Shown here in pieces: positions 35,461 to 55,386 of a DNA stretch of 64,000 bases. The notes under the pieces were generated by a model. The model saw only the letters and a list, made by a program, of their open reading frames with translations, was not told the origin of the DNA and did not search any database. Position 1 is the stretch's first letter. Every line of letters begins with the position of its first letter. The DNA is from the human T2T-CHM13v2.0 reference genome, Homo sapiens, in NCBI RefSeq assembly GCF_009914755.1, contig NC_060941.1; one strand, written 5' to 3'. Made by a program: the position numbers and the translations under genes.

Positions 35461-36039
35461 GGGCTCCCAAGTTCTCAGGGCCTTGTTGAAATGACAGTCT
35501 GGAGCGTGATCAACCGTAACATGTTCCTATGTAAATAAAATATAAACGTAATAATACGCATGGCTAAGGCAATGGAGAGACTGTGTGCCCAGCTGTGCTA
35601 AACGCTGTATCAACTCTCCAAATAGTTACTGAATGCCTATTGGGTGCCAGGAATCTTGTGTGTATATATATTCTCTCCCGAACCTCCCCAGGCAGCTCTG
35701 AAAGTTAGTCCTTACGGTTCCCATTTTGCAGATGGAGAAATGAAAAGAGAAGTGATCGACTTGCCCAAGTTCCCTTGATTAATAAGTAGTGGGTTCAGGA
35801 ATCATACACCTCGTCTCTGTCCTCCAAGCTTAACCTGCTTGGACTAGGTTATCCTACCACCTGCTTCGCTGTCTTCCTGCTCCACCCATGAGCTGTGTGA
35901 CGTTGAGCAAGCGTCTTAGCCTCTCTGAGCCTCAGTTCTCCTCACTGATAAAAGAGCATTCTGCCCTATCTACCTCACAAGGAGTTAGGAGGATCCAATT
36001 TAAAGGGAGTTTATGAAAGTGCTTTAAAAATTCTCTCTA

Positions 36040-36294
<255 letters not shown>

Positions 36295-36331
36295 TTACAA
36301 TCCAGCCTGGGGGAAAAAAAATTCTGTATGA

Positions 36332-36472
<141 letters not shown>

Positions 36473-36511
36473 TGAGCCAGGTGTGGTAGCGTATGACTGT
36501 AATCCCAGTTA

Positions 36512-36619
<108 letters not shown>

Positions 36620-36659
36620 TCAAAAAAAAAAAAAAAAAAAAAAGAAAGAGTATTAGTTT

Positions 36660-36990
36660 AAGGTGACTTTAGGTACTGTAATGGATAAATCCCCAAATCT
36701 CAGTGGCTTAAACATGAAGATTTATTTCCTGCTCATGGAATCATTCATGTGGTGTCTCTGGTCAGGTGGTATTCCTGGGCAGCAATCCCCCAGCCATGAT
36801 TGAGGGCCCCAGACTTCTTCCTCTTGTACCTCTGCCGTCTTCAGCTTGTGGCCCCCATGGCTGGCCTAGGGGACCTGAGGCCAAGAGGACCGGGCATGGA
36901 GGCTGCAGAGGTTCGGGTGGGAAGTTCGTATGGGTGGGCCTGCAGGTGGCACGCATCAGTCCTGCTCACAGTTACCAGAGAACTCAGTAG
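36660..36990. mobile_element. Old MaLR (MLT1-type) LTR fragment
   Basis: aatccccaaatctcagtggcttaaacatgaagatttatttcctgctcatg is typical of MLT1 LTR starts. Confidence 0.5.
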
Positions 36991-37254
36991 ACTGCAGGAA
37001 AGCCTGAACTGCTGCATTCATTACGTCTTGTGAAGAACAGGTGACCTCAAAACCGACTGCTTTAAGACAACCATAAACATGTGTTAGTTCAGTGTCTGTG
37101 AGTCAGGGTTTTAGGAGCGACCTTCCTGGGTGGTTCCCTTCTCCTCTTGTTCATGATGGAGGATGCACGTGAGTCCCAGAGCTCCTGCAGCCCTTTTGCC
37201 ACTATGAGGGAAGCCACCTTGAGAAAGAAAATATGGGTCAGGCACGGTGGCTCA

Positions 37255-37569
<315 letters not shown>

Positions 37570-37647
37570 TCAAGCCTGTAATCCCAGCACTTTGGGAGGC
37601 CGAGGCGGGCAGATCACAAGGTCTGGAGATTGAGACCATCATGGCTA

Positions 37648-37902
<255 letters not shown>

Positions 37903-39580
37903 TTATAGACCAGGCGAAAGGATAATCAAATTCCTGTGGAAGTGTAAAGGGCCAAGAACACCCAACAGAATTCTGAAAATGAAAAACGAGACTGCAAGAT
38001 TGCCCAGGCAGACAGGCATTACCCAGAAATGGTTGGAGGTGGCTTGGTAGATATGTGGCATTACACATCACTGGAGGCAGGGTGAACAGGTCACCAAAGG
38101 GAGCCGGAAAGATTGGTAACTGGGTTCCAAGGATGACAATAATAATTAAAGCAATAATAATAGCAGCAATAGGAATGTAGTAATGGATGCCATTTATTGA
38201 CACCTACACAGTGTTAGAAATATACTTTTTTTTTTTTTTTTGAGGCAGGGTCTCGCTGTGACCCAGGCTGGAATGCAGTGGCTCAATCATGGCTCACTGA
38301 AGCCTCGACTTCTCGGGCTCTAGCTGGGATCACAGGCACGCACCACCATGCCCAGCTAATTTTTTTTTTTTTTTTTAGAGACGGGGTCTTGCTATGTTGC
38401 CCAGGCTGGTCTGAAACTCCTGGCCTGAAGCAATCCTCCTGCCTTGGCCTCCCAAAGTGCTGGGATGACAGGCAGGAGCCACCGCACCCAACCAGAAGTC
38501 TACTGTTGGTTTCTCTCGCTGTTTCCTCACACCAAATCCACAAGGGAAGTATTATCTTTTTTCGTTTTTGGTGTTTTTTTTTGAGATGGAGTCTCTGTCA
38601 CTCAGGCTGGAGTGCAGTGGTGAGATTTCGGCTCACTGCAACCTCTGCCTCCCAGGTTCAAGCAGGTAATGCCTGTCTGCCTCAGTCTCCCAAGTTGCTG
38701 GGATTACAGGTGCACGCCACCAGGCCCGGCTAATTTTTGTATTTTTAGTAGAGACGAGGTTTCACCTTGTTGGCCAGCCTGGTCTTGAACTCCTGACTTC
38801 AGGTGATCTGCCCTCCTCAGCCTCCCAAAGTGCTGGGATTACAGGCGTGAGCCACCGCGCCCGGCTAATTTTTGTATTTTTAGTAGAGACGGGGTTTCAC
38901 CATATTGGCCTGACTGGTCTTGAACTCCTGACTTCAGGTGATCTGCCCTCCACGGCCTCCCGAAGTGCTGGGATTACAGGCGTGAGCCACCGTGCCCGGC
39001 CTATAATTCTTCTCAAACAGATGAGAAAGCCCAACCTCAGGAGGGTAGCAAAGATCTCTTGAGCCCACACATGGCTCTCAGCCTCCTGGGCAGCAGGTAG
39101 GAACCCTGTTTTTCCTCCCAATAACAGAGCTCTTTCCTGAGAGTTCCTGGCCTTCAGCAGCCCTGGGCCCGGGAGGCAGAGCTCGCTGTCCACACCAAGC
39201 CAGCACCCACCTACCCACCACCACCCGCCCTCCCCACACCGCCCTGGACCTGGAATTCCTACTCCACACTGACTCTGGGACGGAGCTAAGCCTGATTAGA
39301 CCCCAGCTAAAAGCACAGAGGCCTCTTTGTCATTTCTTTAACGAGAAGCCAATCGCCAGGTCATTAGTGGGTGGAGGTGATGAGCAGTTTGGTACTGGGG
39401 TGGGAGGGAGGAGAATGCTCTTGTTTATCTGGATGATTTACAGCTGCAGTGGCCAAGCTGGCTGGGGAAAGGAGCAGAGGGTAGGAAGAAGAGAAAGTTA
39501 ATATTCACAGAGTTCCTTCTAGGAGCCAGGCCCTGTACTGACAGCGTAAAAACACGGTCTTTCATTTAATCCTACAACAA

Positions 39581-40228
<648 letters not shown>

Positions 40229-40642
40229 TTAGAGCAAGAAAGAACAAGTTGTCGGCAGGTGCTGGATGGAGGGACGCTGCTCTGTGGGCTGGGAGTGGCA
40301 GCAGTGGAGAGGACCAAATGTGTGCATGAGCTTGTTGGAAAGAAACCCTGGGGTACTGAGTATATTCTCCAGAAAAAGGATAATAATAACAGTAACTAAT
40401 TATTAACTTTTTTCTTTTTTGAGATGGAGTCTTGCTCTGTCACCCAGGCTGGACTGCAGTGGTGTAATCTCGGCTCACTGTGACCTCCGCCTCCCCAGTT
40501 CAAGAGATTCTCCTACCTCAGCCTCCCCAGCAGCTGACACTATAGGTGCCCGCCACCACACCCGGCTAATTTTTATATTTTTAGTAGAGACGGGATTTCA
40601 CCATATTGGTCAGGCTGGTCTCGAACTCCTGACCTCAGGTGA

Positions 40643-40912
<270 letters not shown>

Positions 40913-41872
40913 TAGCCAGGATGGTCTCGATCTCCTGACCTCAGGTGATCTGCCCGCCTCGGCCTCCCACAGTGCTGGGATTACAGGCGTGAGCCACCGC
41001 GCCCAGCTGATCATAACTAATTATTAAGTGCCCACAATGTGCCAGGTACCGTGCTAAGGGCTTTCTGTGCATGGTGTCATTTAATGCTCACAGCTCTCTT
41101 ATGTGGCAGTTACCAATTCATTTTACAGATGAAGAAACAGAGTGAGGGTCAGAGAGGTTAAGTCACCTGCTGCACCTCTTGAAGTTGGGATTGGCTTGGG
41201 AGTCAGCGAGGTTGACCAGGATGACTGCTTACTCTCTACGCTGTGTTGTCAGGATTCTTGGTTGGAAACAACCAAATCCAACTTGAGCAGAAGGAAGAGG
41301 CAGGTATTGGCTCTGAGGTAGCTCACAAAATCAACGGAAAAAAAGTCTAGGGCACAGTCACTCACGCCTGTAATCCCAGCACTTTGGGAGGCCGAGGCAG
41401 GCCAATCGCTTGAGGTCAGGAGTTCAAGACCAGCCTGGCCAACATGGTGAAACCCTGTCTCTAATAAAAATACAAAAAATTAGCCGGGCGTAGTGGCGGG
41501 CGCCTGTAATCCCAGCTACTCAGGAGGCTGAGGCAGGAGAATTGCTTGCCCAGGGACACGGACGTTGCAGTGGGCCGAGATCGCGCCACTGCACTACGGC
41601 CTGCACAACAGAGTGAGACTCCGTCTCAAAAAGAAAAAAGAAAAGAGTCTGGGAAATTAAGGTTGGGAAACTCGTAAGAATTATAGGAAACTGGGCAGCT
41701 AGACCCACGGCCAAGCCAGGAACCTCCTCTAGATGCCAGTGTAGGACGTGGAGGGCCACAGGCCCCGCACTGGCACCGTGATTTCTCCACTGTTACCTGT
41801 TTGTTTCTTTGGGACACCACTCCAGATTCAAGTCAGGCAGCCAAGTGCCTGGACTCGCATCTGTCCCAGTTA

Positions 41873-42357
<485 letters not shown>

Positions 42358-43079
42358 TCACCACTGCCTGCATAGCTCAGGCCCCCCCTTCCTCCAGGAT
42401 CCTTGCTTCCTAAGTGGAATTTGTCTTAACATCCATTCTCCACACTGCTCAAAGAGCTCTAGCTGTAATTCAAATACGGCTGACATTCCTCTGCTTAATA
42501 ACCTTTTGCAGTACCCAGCTGCCTACAGGGCGAAAAGCAAGCTTTTGGGACGACGCCTGGTGATCTCCAGCCTTATCTCCCGTCACTCCCTGGCCTCACA
42601 TTTGGTGGTTTGGCAAAGTCACTTTCCTGTATTTTTCGCATCATCCTGTGACCGCTTACACTTCCAGGGCCTGGCACCTGCTGTTCCCTCTACCTCCTGT
42701 CTGCTTGGCAAACTGCTATTCATCCTTTGAAATCCAGTTCAGGGCCGGGAGCGGTGGCTCACGTCTGTAATCCCAGCACTTTGGGTGGCCGAGGCGGGCG
42801 GATCACTTAAGGCCGGGAGTTCGAGACCATCCTGGCCAACATGGTGAAACCCCGTCTCTGGTAAAAATACAAAAAATAGCTGGGCACGATGGTGGGTGCC
42901 TGTAATCCCACGTACTCGGGAGGCTGAGGCAGGAGAATCGCTTGAACCCGAGAGGTGGAGCTTGCAGTGAGCCAAGATTGCGACACTGCGGTCCAGCCTG
43001 GGCGACAGAGCGAGACTCGGTCTCAAAAAAAAAAAAGTTTTTGTTGAATGAGCGCATGAAGGGGCAGAGGCTGCAATTG

Positions 43080-43973
<894 letters not shown>

Positions 43974-44684
43974 TAATTCGACATATATTGCAGATTTGGG
44001 GGACATAGAACCTGGGAAATACAGATGTCCTTAGGATGCTTTCATCCTAGTGGGCAAGGCAGACAATCACAGAAGTAAATACATACACTCTGCTTCCTAA
44101 TGCCTTATTATTTTCTTTTATGGAGAAATTCACAGTTTGAAATAATGGGGTTATTGGCAATGCTCTTTTGGCGAGATGGATGTGAACCACACACCCATTC
44201 CAATGCCATAGGCCTTGGCATCTTAGAGGCATTTGGATTGTGACTGGGAATGAGTGGCCTTCAGGCGCTCCAAATAACTCAGCTGTGGATGCCGGAAATT
44301 CTACTGGGGGTCTTTCTTTGGGAATAAACATCATCTTTTTTCTGAGACCCTCTTTCAAATGCAAATCCCTGGGGGAAGAGGACAGAGGCTGCTCATTGAG
44401 TTCATAACCTGGCAGGGCTGTGTCACAAGATGGGGCTGCCCGAGGGCTCTGGACCCCAAAGATGCCCCTGATGTGGACCCAGGGCTGCAAAGGGATCTTC
44501 CCCGTCACCCTCTGCTGCTGACTCATCCCAGCTCTGCCTGCAGAAGGGGAGTCAAAGGGCAGTGGAGGGAGAGTCAGGCCCAACCAAAACCCGAACCCCA
44601 ATTGCAGCCAGCCGCCCTCCATAGCTGAAAAAGCCGGAAGCTCTGGGTCAGCTTTACCTGCAGGGCCCTGCGCCTCCCATATGA

Positions 44685-46236
<1,552 letters not shown>

Positions 46237-46371
46237 CCGGCCTCGAGGCACCGGCTGGGCTGCAGGGAGGCCGGGCTGGCAGCTGGACTATAAAACCCGG
46301 GACTGCAAAGGCGTCTTGGACAGAGCAGAACTGGACCGGCTGAGACCTGGCGTGGAAGAGAAGGAGCTCGC

Positions 46372-46478
46372 CAGAGAGAAGGAGCTCCGGGACCCGGGGT
46401 TGCGCCCCCACATCCCAGCCTGGGGCAGAGAGAAGGAGCTCCGGGGCCTGGGGCTGCGCCCCCACATCCCAGCCTAGG
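46372..46478. repeat. 2 x 54-bp tandem duplication in the BHLHA9 3' UTR region
   Basis: cagagagaaggagctccggg...tgcgcccccacatcccagcct starts at 46372 and again at 46426. Confidence 0.85.
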
Positions 46479-46762
46479 GAGGCAGTTGCCAGAAAGGCTC
46501 AGGATCCTGAACTCATCTTGGACTCGAACTCGTCTTGGAATGCCGCCTTCGCACTCCTGCGCCTCCGAGCCCTGTGTGTTCTCGATGCTTTTAGGAGAGT
46601 GAGGGCTTTGAGGCAGGAGGTGTGGGAGCGTGGGAATGCGGGTGGGGCCTGCTGTGGTCTCGTGGGCACATGAGTGCGGAGTCCCCTTCCCTGCCTGCGC
46701 TGCTGCCCAAGCCTGATCCGGGAGAGGCAGGATCCGGGAGAGGCAGGCAGGGGCAGCAGCCA

Positions 46763-46768
46763 AATAAA
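46763..46768 (+). terminator. Candidate BHLHA9 polyadenylation signal AATAAA
   Basis: First AATAAA seen downstream of the stop codon (~530 nt). Confidence 0.6.
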
Positions 46769-49462
46769 AGGAAAAACTCATTTCTCTCCGATACCACGAC
46801 TCCAGTGGGCCCCGTGGCCCAGGGTGGCAGGAACGCCTGAGGGCTGGGGGCTCTCCTTGGAATGCTGGGCGGGGCCTAAGGCCCACAGGTAGGCGCCTGG
46901 GGGAACTCATTCATGGCAAGACCCCAGGTGTGGCTGAGCACTGTGGGAGCCCAAGGGGAGGAAAGAGACATCCAGAGACCCCTCCTCCCTGAGTCCCCTG
47001 GGGTGGAAGAGGATATCAGGAGAGGGGTCACGGGGCCTGGGAGTCTAAGGATGGGGTCAGCCCCGTCTCTGGACCTCCCTGCAGAGCTGCCTGGAAGCAG
47101 CCACAGTGAAGGGGGACTCTGGCCAGGTCTCAGGGAAGGAGGCCAAGGGCAGGGCTAGGATTGGGGGCCGGTAAGTCCTGCGTGCATGTACCCCGAGCGA
47201 CAGGCAGGAAGAGCTCCCAGGGAACCGTGGGCCAGGGCCCCCATAATGAGGGGCCGACTTGGAACCCAGGAAGGATTCTGGGGAGGGGGTTGAGTGAGGG
47301 CAGAGGGGCCTCAGGCCAAGCCTGCTGAGCTAGTGAGAGACACAGCCAGCTGCCCCGAGAGTTTTGTCCAGAGAGCTGCCCTGCATCTGAGATGAGCTGG
47401 TGTCTGGCCCGGCTCAGGGTAAGGGTCTAATATTGCAAGGGCTGCCTGCTGGGCCAGAGCCCAGAGGTGCTGGGGGAGCGCTGGGCTCTTGCCAACAGGA
47501 GAGGGAAGGGTTCCCCACAGCTAGCTCAGAGTGCGGATCCCACAGAAGCTAGAGAAACGCCATTAGGCGTAAACCCAGGGAGAGTTTCCCAGAGCACGTG
47601 GGGTGAGGCTCACCTCTACAGTTAAAAGTGCCTCTGCTGTCTGCAAACCCCAGCCCTGGCTGGCACGCTGAGCATCCTGTCCCCAGCCACAGCCCTTAGG
47701 GTTCCCAATTGCGCAGGGAGGCTGTGACACAGACCACGGGAAGGCTTTGACTCTATTGAGAGCGGACGTGGGTCTAGCCAGGAGCAGCAACGCAGGAGAT
47801 GCTGGCCCCAGCCCTGCCCGCCGAGCCCCACAGTGCCACGGGCTGCCAGTGAGAAGGAAAGAGCCAGGCCTGCCCTGGTCCAGCCCCTGCTCAGCCGCCT
47901 CTCTCAGCCTCTAGTTCCTCCCCTCTGACATGAATGATTCCAGGATGGCTGTGAGGATTGTAAGTGGTTCGTAATGGACCGTTTCTGGCAAACAGAAGGT
48001 GTTCACAAGCTGTCATGTTTGTGTACTATAAGGATCCTGTGAGAAACCAGCTTGGACAAGGCTGTAGCCATGTTTCAGCCTCAGGTATTTATCCTCTGGA
48101 AACACAATATAAGGACCAGCAAGTCCTACTTTGCTAAATTCCAGAACTGAAAGAAGTAAGGGGGCCGGGTGTGGTGGCTCGCGCCTGTCATCTCAGCACT
48201 GTGGGAGGCCCAGAGGCAGGTGGATCACCTGAGGTCAGGAGTTCAAGACCAGCCTGGCTAACATGGTGAAACCCCATCTCTACTAAAAATACAAAAATTA
48301 GCTGGGTGTGGTAGCGCATGCACCTGTAATCCCAGCTACTCGGGAGGATGAGGCATAAGAATTGCTTGATCCCGGGAGGCAGAGGTTGCAGTGAGCCGAG
48401 ATCGCGCGCCACTGCACTCCAGCCTGGCCAAAAGAGCGAGATTCTCTCAAAAAAAAAAAAAAAGAAAAGAAAAAGAAAGAAAGGTTCTTCTCCCCCATCC
48501 TATCACACTCTCAGCCTGGAAATAGCAAGGACACCCCTGCAGGCAGAATCCTGATGCGGCAGCCCCATGAGTTCAGTGGCAGGGATGTCACAGTTCTGGA
48601 CTTCCAGCTCCTCACTGACCAGCTGAGTGATCTTGGGCCAATCACCTGGCGGCTTTGAGCCTCGGTGTTCCCGTCTGTATAATGGGCTAGAATAAGTACT
48701 TACTTCATAGGCTGTTTTGGAGAGTAAATGGGAGGATGCATTTAAAGCACTAGCACAGTGCTTGGCCCACGTAAACGCTGACTGAGTGGAGGCTGTTCAG
48801 ACATATTCAGTTCACAAGGTTGTTACAAGGAGAGAATGCATGGGAAGCTGTTTTATCAACTGTAAAGTCTGGGACACATTGGCTGCTAGCATGGTTTTTC
48901 CGGGGCTGTGTGTTTGGGTGCTGTATGTTTGCCTAGGATTCTGAGTTTGTGATATGTACATATTTTGTGTGTGCTCACATAGATGTGTGGCTGCGTGGAT
49001 ATTTGTGTGGGTATCTATATACGTATCAACCTAACAGGTGCTTCCTCATCTCTCTGATGCCGCAGGGGATCCTGGGCCTGTGTAGCCTCCGTTACGTGCT
49101 GTTGAGGTTTTCTGGAACCCTTGCTTGATTTTTCTGTCTGCTTCCCAAGATCGTGTCCATTCTCCAAGATGACTTATATGTGGTGAAGAAAAGATTTTAT
49201 GATTATTAAAAAATGGTGGTTTCCACTGAGATCACATGGGTTTGCCCAAATATTGTTTAAAAGGCACAATGATAGGCATGAAATGCATAGAGAAAGGAAA
49301 ATGCCAGGAAGGAAAGACGCACGTGTAAGACAGAGCCGCCAAGCCATGGCTCACTGTAGCCTTGACCTCCTGGGCTCACGTGATCCTCCCACCTCAGCCT
49401 TCCTAGTAGCTGAGAATACAGGCGTGTGCCACCATGCCGGCTAATTTTTGTATTTTTTGTAA

Positions 49463-49813
<351 letters not shown>

Positions 49814-50351
49814 TAGCCAGGATGGTCTCCCGACCTCGTGATCCGCCCGCCTCAGCCTCCCAAAGTGCTGGGATTACAGAAATGAGCCACCGCGCCCGGC
49901 CTAATTTTCATTAGAGTCTTCATCATTGTTATTTTAAAAGGTGAAAAATTAGGCCCAGCCAACATGGCGAAACCCCGTCTCCACTAAACAAACAAAAATT
50001 AGCCAGGCATGGTGGCAGGAGCCTGTAATCCCAGCTACTTGGGAGGAGGCTGAGGCAGGAGAATCACTTGAAACCCAGAAGGCGGAGGTTGCAGTGAGCC
50101 GAGATAGCACCACTGCACTCCAGCCTGGGCAACAGAGTGAGATTTGGTGTCAAAAAAAAAAAAGTGCAAGATCAGTCTCCTTAGGAAAACTCCCAAGAGG
50201 AGTAGGGATGTGTTTTGAGCAAGGACAGAAAGGAGACGCATCCCCAGTGGGTTCCTTCAGGTGGACCCGCCTCCCTGGATGTGAAATTCTGGGGTGCTTG
50301 CTGATGGGCGCACGATTACGTCAATGTTTATCACACTTTACAAAAGGACGT

Positions 50352-50860
50352 GCGTGTGTGTGTGTGAATGAGTGTGCGAGTGTGTGTGAGTGAATGTGTG
50401 TGGGGGTGACTGTGTGTGTGTGAGTGAGGGTGTGTGAATGTGTGTGGGGGTGAGTGTGTGAGTGTGTGTGTGAGGGTGTGTGAATGTGTGTGGGGGTGAG
50501 TGTGTGGGGGTGATTGTGAGGGTGTGTGAATGTGTGTGGGGTGAGTGTGTGAGTGTGTGAGTGTGTGGGGGGTGAGTGTATGAGTGTGTGTGAGTGTGTG
50601 GGGTGACTGAGTGTGAGGGTGTGTGAATGTGTGTGGGGCGAGTGTGTGAGTGTGTGAGTGTGTGTGAATGTGTGTGTGTGGGGGGTGTGTGGGTGAGTGT
50701 GTGAGTGTGTGTGAGTGTGTGGGGGTGACTGAGGGTGTGTGAATGTGTGTGGGGGTGAGTGTGTGAGTGTGTGAGAGTGTGTGGGGTGAGTGTATGAGAG
50801 TGTGAGAGTGTGTGTGTGAGAGAGAGTGTGTGAGAGTGTGTGTGTGTGTGTGTGTGTACA
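50352..50860. repeat. Degenerate (TG)n / GAGTGT simple repeat
   Basis: Runs of gtgtgtgagtgtgtgggggtga; almost no C on the plus strand. Confidence 0.92.
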
Positions 50861-51285
50861 CAGATGTCAGGAGGCTACTCTCTCACTCCTGGAGCAGAAC
50901 TCCTGAACGGGGCCCAGGAAGGCTTCAGTGAGAAGAGGAATTGGCTCAATTGCACCTTCCCTGTCAGCCCCGTAGGGTTTCCTGACACCCAGTGAGACGC
51001 CAAGGATGAAAGGGCTGTGGGGCAGAGATATGAGGAGGATGTTTCTCCTTCCCCTGGGCTTCGGCTTGAACTTGCTTATGCTTCTGAGGTTTCTTCCCCG
51101 CCCCACCTCACCCCCCAAAGGACCCCTCATGGGCAGGTCCACTCCCCCGCACTGTTCACATCCCTGTCCTCTCTCAGCATCCCTCGCATGTAGGGTGCTC
51201 AAAGGTTGGGGTCACCGCCGGGAGCCCAAATCCGCTGCTGCCTCCCTCGGGCTCCCTCCACTCTGGTCATTCCCCTCATCACTAC

Positions 51286-51304
51286 CTGCCACGAGGTGGC
51301 GCTG
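51286..51304 (+). promoter_or_regulatory. Candidate CTCF site between BHLHA9 and TRARG1
   Basis: CTGCCACGAGGTGGCGCTG is close to the consensus TGGCCACCAGGGGGCGCTA. Confidence 0.55.
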
Positions 51305-51852
51305 AGACTCCAGCATCCCACACGGGCGGAGCAAACGTGGGTCCCTAATTACCCCCGACCCCAGCCCGCCCAGGCAACCTCGTGCCAGGGACTACTCTGG
51401 GGACTTCTTAGTTTTTTCTTTCCTCCTTTTATTCCATCAAGAATTTAACATATAGCCGGGTGCGGTGGCTCACGCCTGTTATCCCTGCACTTTGGGAGGC
51501 CGAGGTGGGCAGATCACCTGAGGTCAGGAGTTCAAGACTAGCCTGGCCAACATGGCGAAACCCTGTCTCTACTAAAAATACAAAAATTAGCCGGACGTGG
51601 TGGTGGATGCCTGTAATCCCAGCTACTCGGGAGGCTGAGGTAGGAGAATCGCTTGAACCCGGGAGGCAGAGGTTGCAGCAAGCCTAGAGCCAAGATCACA
51701 ACACTGCACTCCAGCCTGGGCAACAGAGCAAGACTCTATCTCAAAAAAAAAAAAAGAGAGAGGGGTCTTGTTCTGTTGCTGAGGCTGGAGTGCAGTGGCG
51801 TGATCATGGCTCACTGCAACGTCAAACTTCTGGACTCAAGTGATCCTCCTGA

Positions 51853-52101
<249 letters not shown>

Positions 52102-52306
52102 TGACCAGGGTGATCTCGATCTCCTGGCCTCGTGATCTGCCTGCCTTGGCCTCCCAAAGTGCTGGGATTACAGGCGTGAGCCACCGTGCCCAGCCTGAAA
52201 CCCCAATTTTTATATGAAATGAATTTTTAAAATCATGTGTTGAGGCCGGGCGCGGTGGCTCATGCCTGTAATCCCAGAACTTTGGGAGGCAGAGGCGGGT
52301 GAATCA

Positions 52307-52815
<509 letters not shown>

Positions 52816-53030
52816 CTGTCGTCCCTCCACCCAGGGGTCAGCTCCAAGGCTGTACCATGGCATTCTGCCCAACTGGATACCGGCTTGGAGCCTAAGGGGT
52901 CTCAGGGACCCACCTAGCCACCCTGTGAAGGAGCTTTCCTGTTATACAGGATTATCGTATTTCTGGACGCTCATAAGCAGGGGAGCCCAGCTCGCTCCCA
53001 GGCCCCACACCTGGCCTCCCTGAGGACTGA

Positions 53031-53389
<359 letters not shown>

Positions 53390-53627
53390 TGAGCCACCAT
53401 GCCCAGCCTGAGCAAAATTCTTAATTTAATATAGTCAAATTTATGAAACCTGCAAAGTTCTCCCAAAGCCACAAACATTGTTTTTTATTTGTTTGTTTGT
53501 TTGTTTGTTTTTAGTTGGAGTCTCATTCTGTCACCCAGGCTGGAGTGCAGTGGTGCAACCTTGGCTCACTGCAACGTTCGCTTCTTCCCAGGTTCAAGTG
53601 ATTCTCCTGCCTCAGTCTCCAAAGTAG

Positions 53628-54029
<402 letters not shown>

Positions 54030-54818
54030 TAAAGCAGTCCTTCTGCCTCGGCCTCCCGAAGTGCTGGGTTTATGGGCATGAGCCATGGCATCCCGCCTGA
54101 TCGTAGGATTTTAAACTATTTCATACAACCACTTTCAAACCACACACACACATCCGTGGCGGCTCCAGATCACACTTGTAAAACAATGTAAGGAGGGGCG
54201 TCAGGAATATAGAAAGAGATGCCGAGGATAGAGAAGAAGGCAGAGACAGAGGGAGAAAACTTAAGAGAGAACAAAGGAGGAGAATCCGATAGGACAAACA
54301 GCCTGAGGCCCTTCCGAGCTGGCATCTGCCCGGAGCAGCTGACCTAGGGGCTCTCTGCCACCGGCTCTTTAGCACCCCAGAATCGTTCTGATGGGCATGA
54401 GGTGGACCCAACACTCCCCCTTATCCTCTTCCCCACCTGGTGGTGAGCTACGTAGAAACCTACTCATGGGGCCCTGCTGGTCCAGGCAGGGTCCAGGCAG
54501 GATCCAGGGGCTACCCTGGTGCTCACATCTCCCCTTCCCTTCTGGAGTCGGGAGCCAGGCTTTGGCCTGGATGCTCCCAGCGGTTGGGGGTCAGGGTCTG
54601 GGTGGGATGTAATAGGGGGCCCTAAGGTCCAGCATTTCCCAACAGAAAGAAAGAAGTACACGCTTGCTTTGGAAGAAGCAGCGGAGGGCTCAGTTCCCAG
54701 GACAGCTGAAGACACATCCCTGTGGGGCCCGAGGTGTCTTTCTCCCCATCCAGAGACCCTGCCCAGAGGAGCAGGCCCTGGAGCTGCAACAGAAACCGGA
54801 GGCTGGCCCAAGTCCCTC

Positions 54819-54971
54819 TGGGCTGGGCTGGGCTGGGCTGGGCAGAGCTGGGCTGGGCTGGGCTGGGCTGGGGCAGAGGCAAAATCCTGCCAGGGTGGTT
54901 CTCTGGGGAGAGGGGAATTGAAAAGGAAAAGCATCACCAAGGAGGGGGAGAGGGAGGGAGGCCGTGTGCGC

Positions 54972-55008
<37 letters not shown>
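54819..55008. repeat. (GGGCT)n pentamer array and (CA)n microsatellite in the TRARG1 promoter region
   Basis: tgggctgggctgggctgggc... at 54819-54872; cacacaca... at ~54970-55008. Confidence 0.9.
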
Positions 55009-55009
<1 letters not shown>

Positions 55010-55386
55010 CCTCCCTGACTGAGCCTGAGCCTCCCTGGGAAGAGGCGCATTCTTCTCTCTGCTCTCTGAGCTTTCCGTTGCTTCCCTGCCCATCTGTGCT
55101 CTCAGCAGCACCAGCAAAGTTGGCCTCAAACTTGAACAAAGCTGCAGGCTCCAGCGTCTTTCTGGGAGCTCCGCGGGGGCAGCAGGCAGGCCCCAGCCTC
55201 TGAACTCAGCTGGCTTGAGAAGCCCAGCCCAACCCTTCCAGCACCCAGCCGGCCCTCCGTCTCCTGAGGGACGCCCCTGCCCCCGACCTGGAGGCCCTCA
55301 GTCTGGGCTGGGGAATGGCGCGCTGAGGTCCCTCCAGAGCCCCTTGTCCCAGCCTGGAGCTGCAGCCGCGCAAGGCCCAGGCCCCC

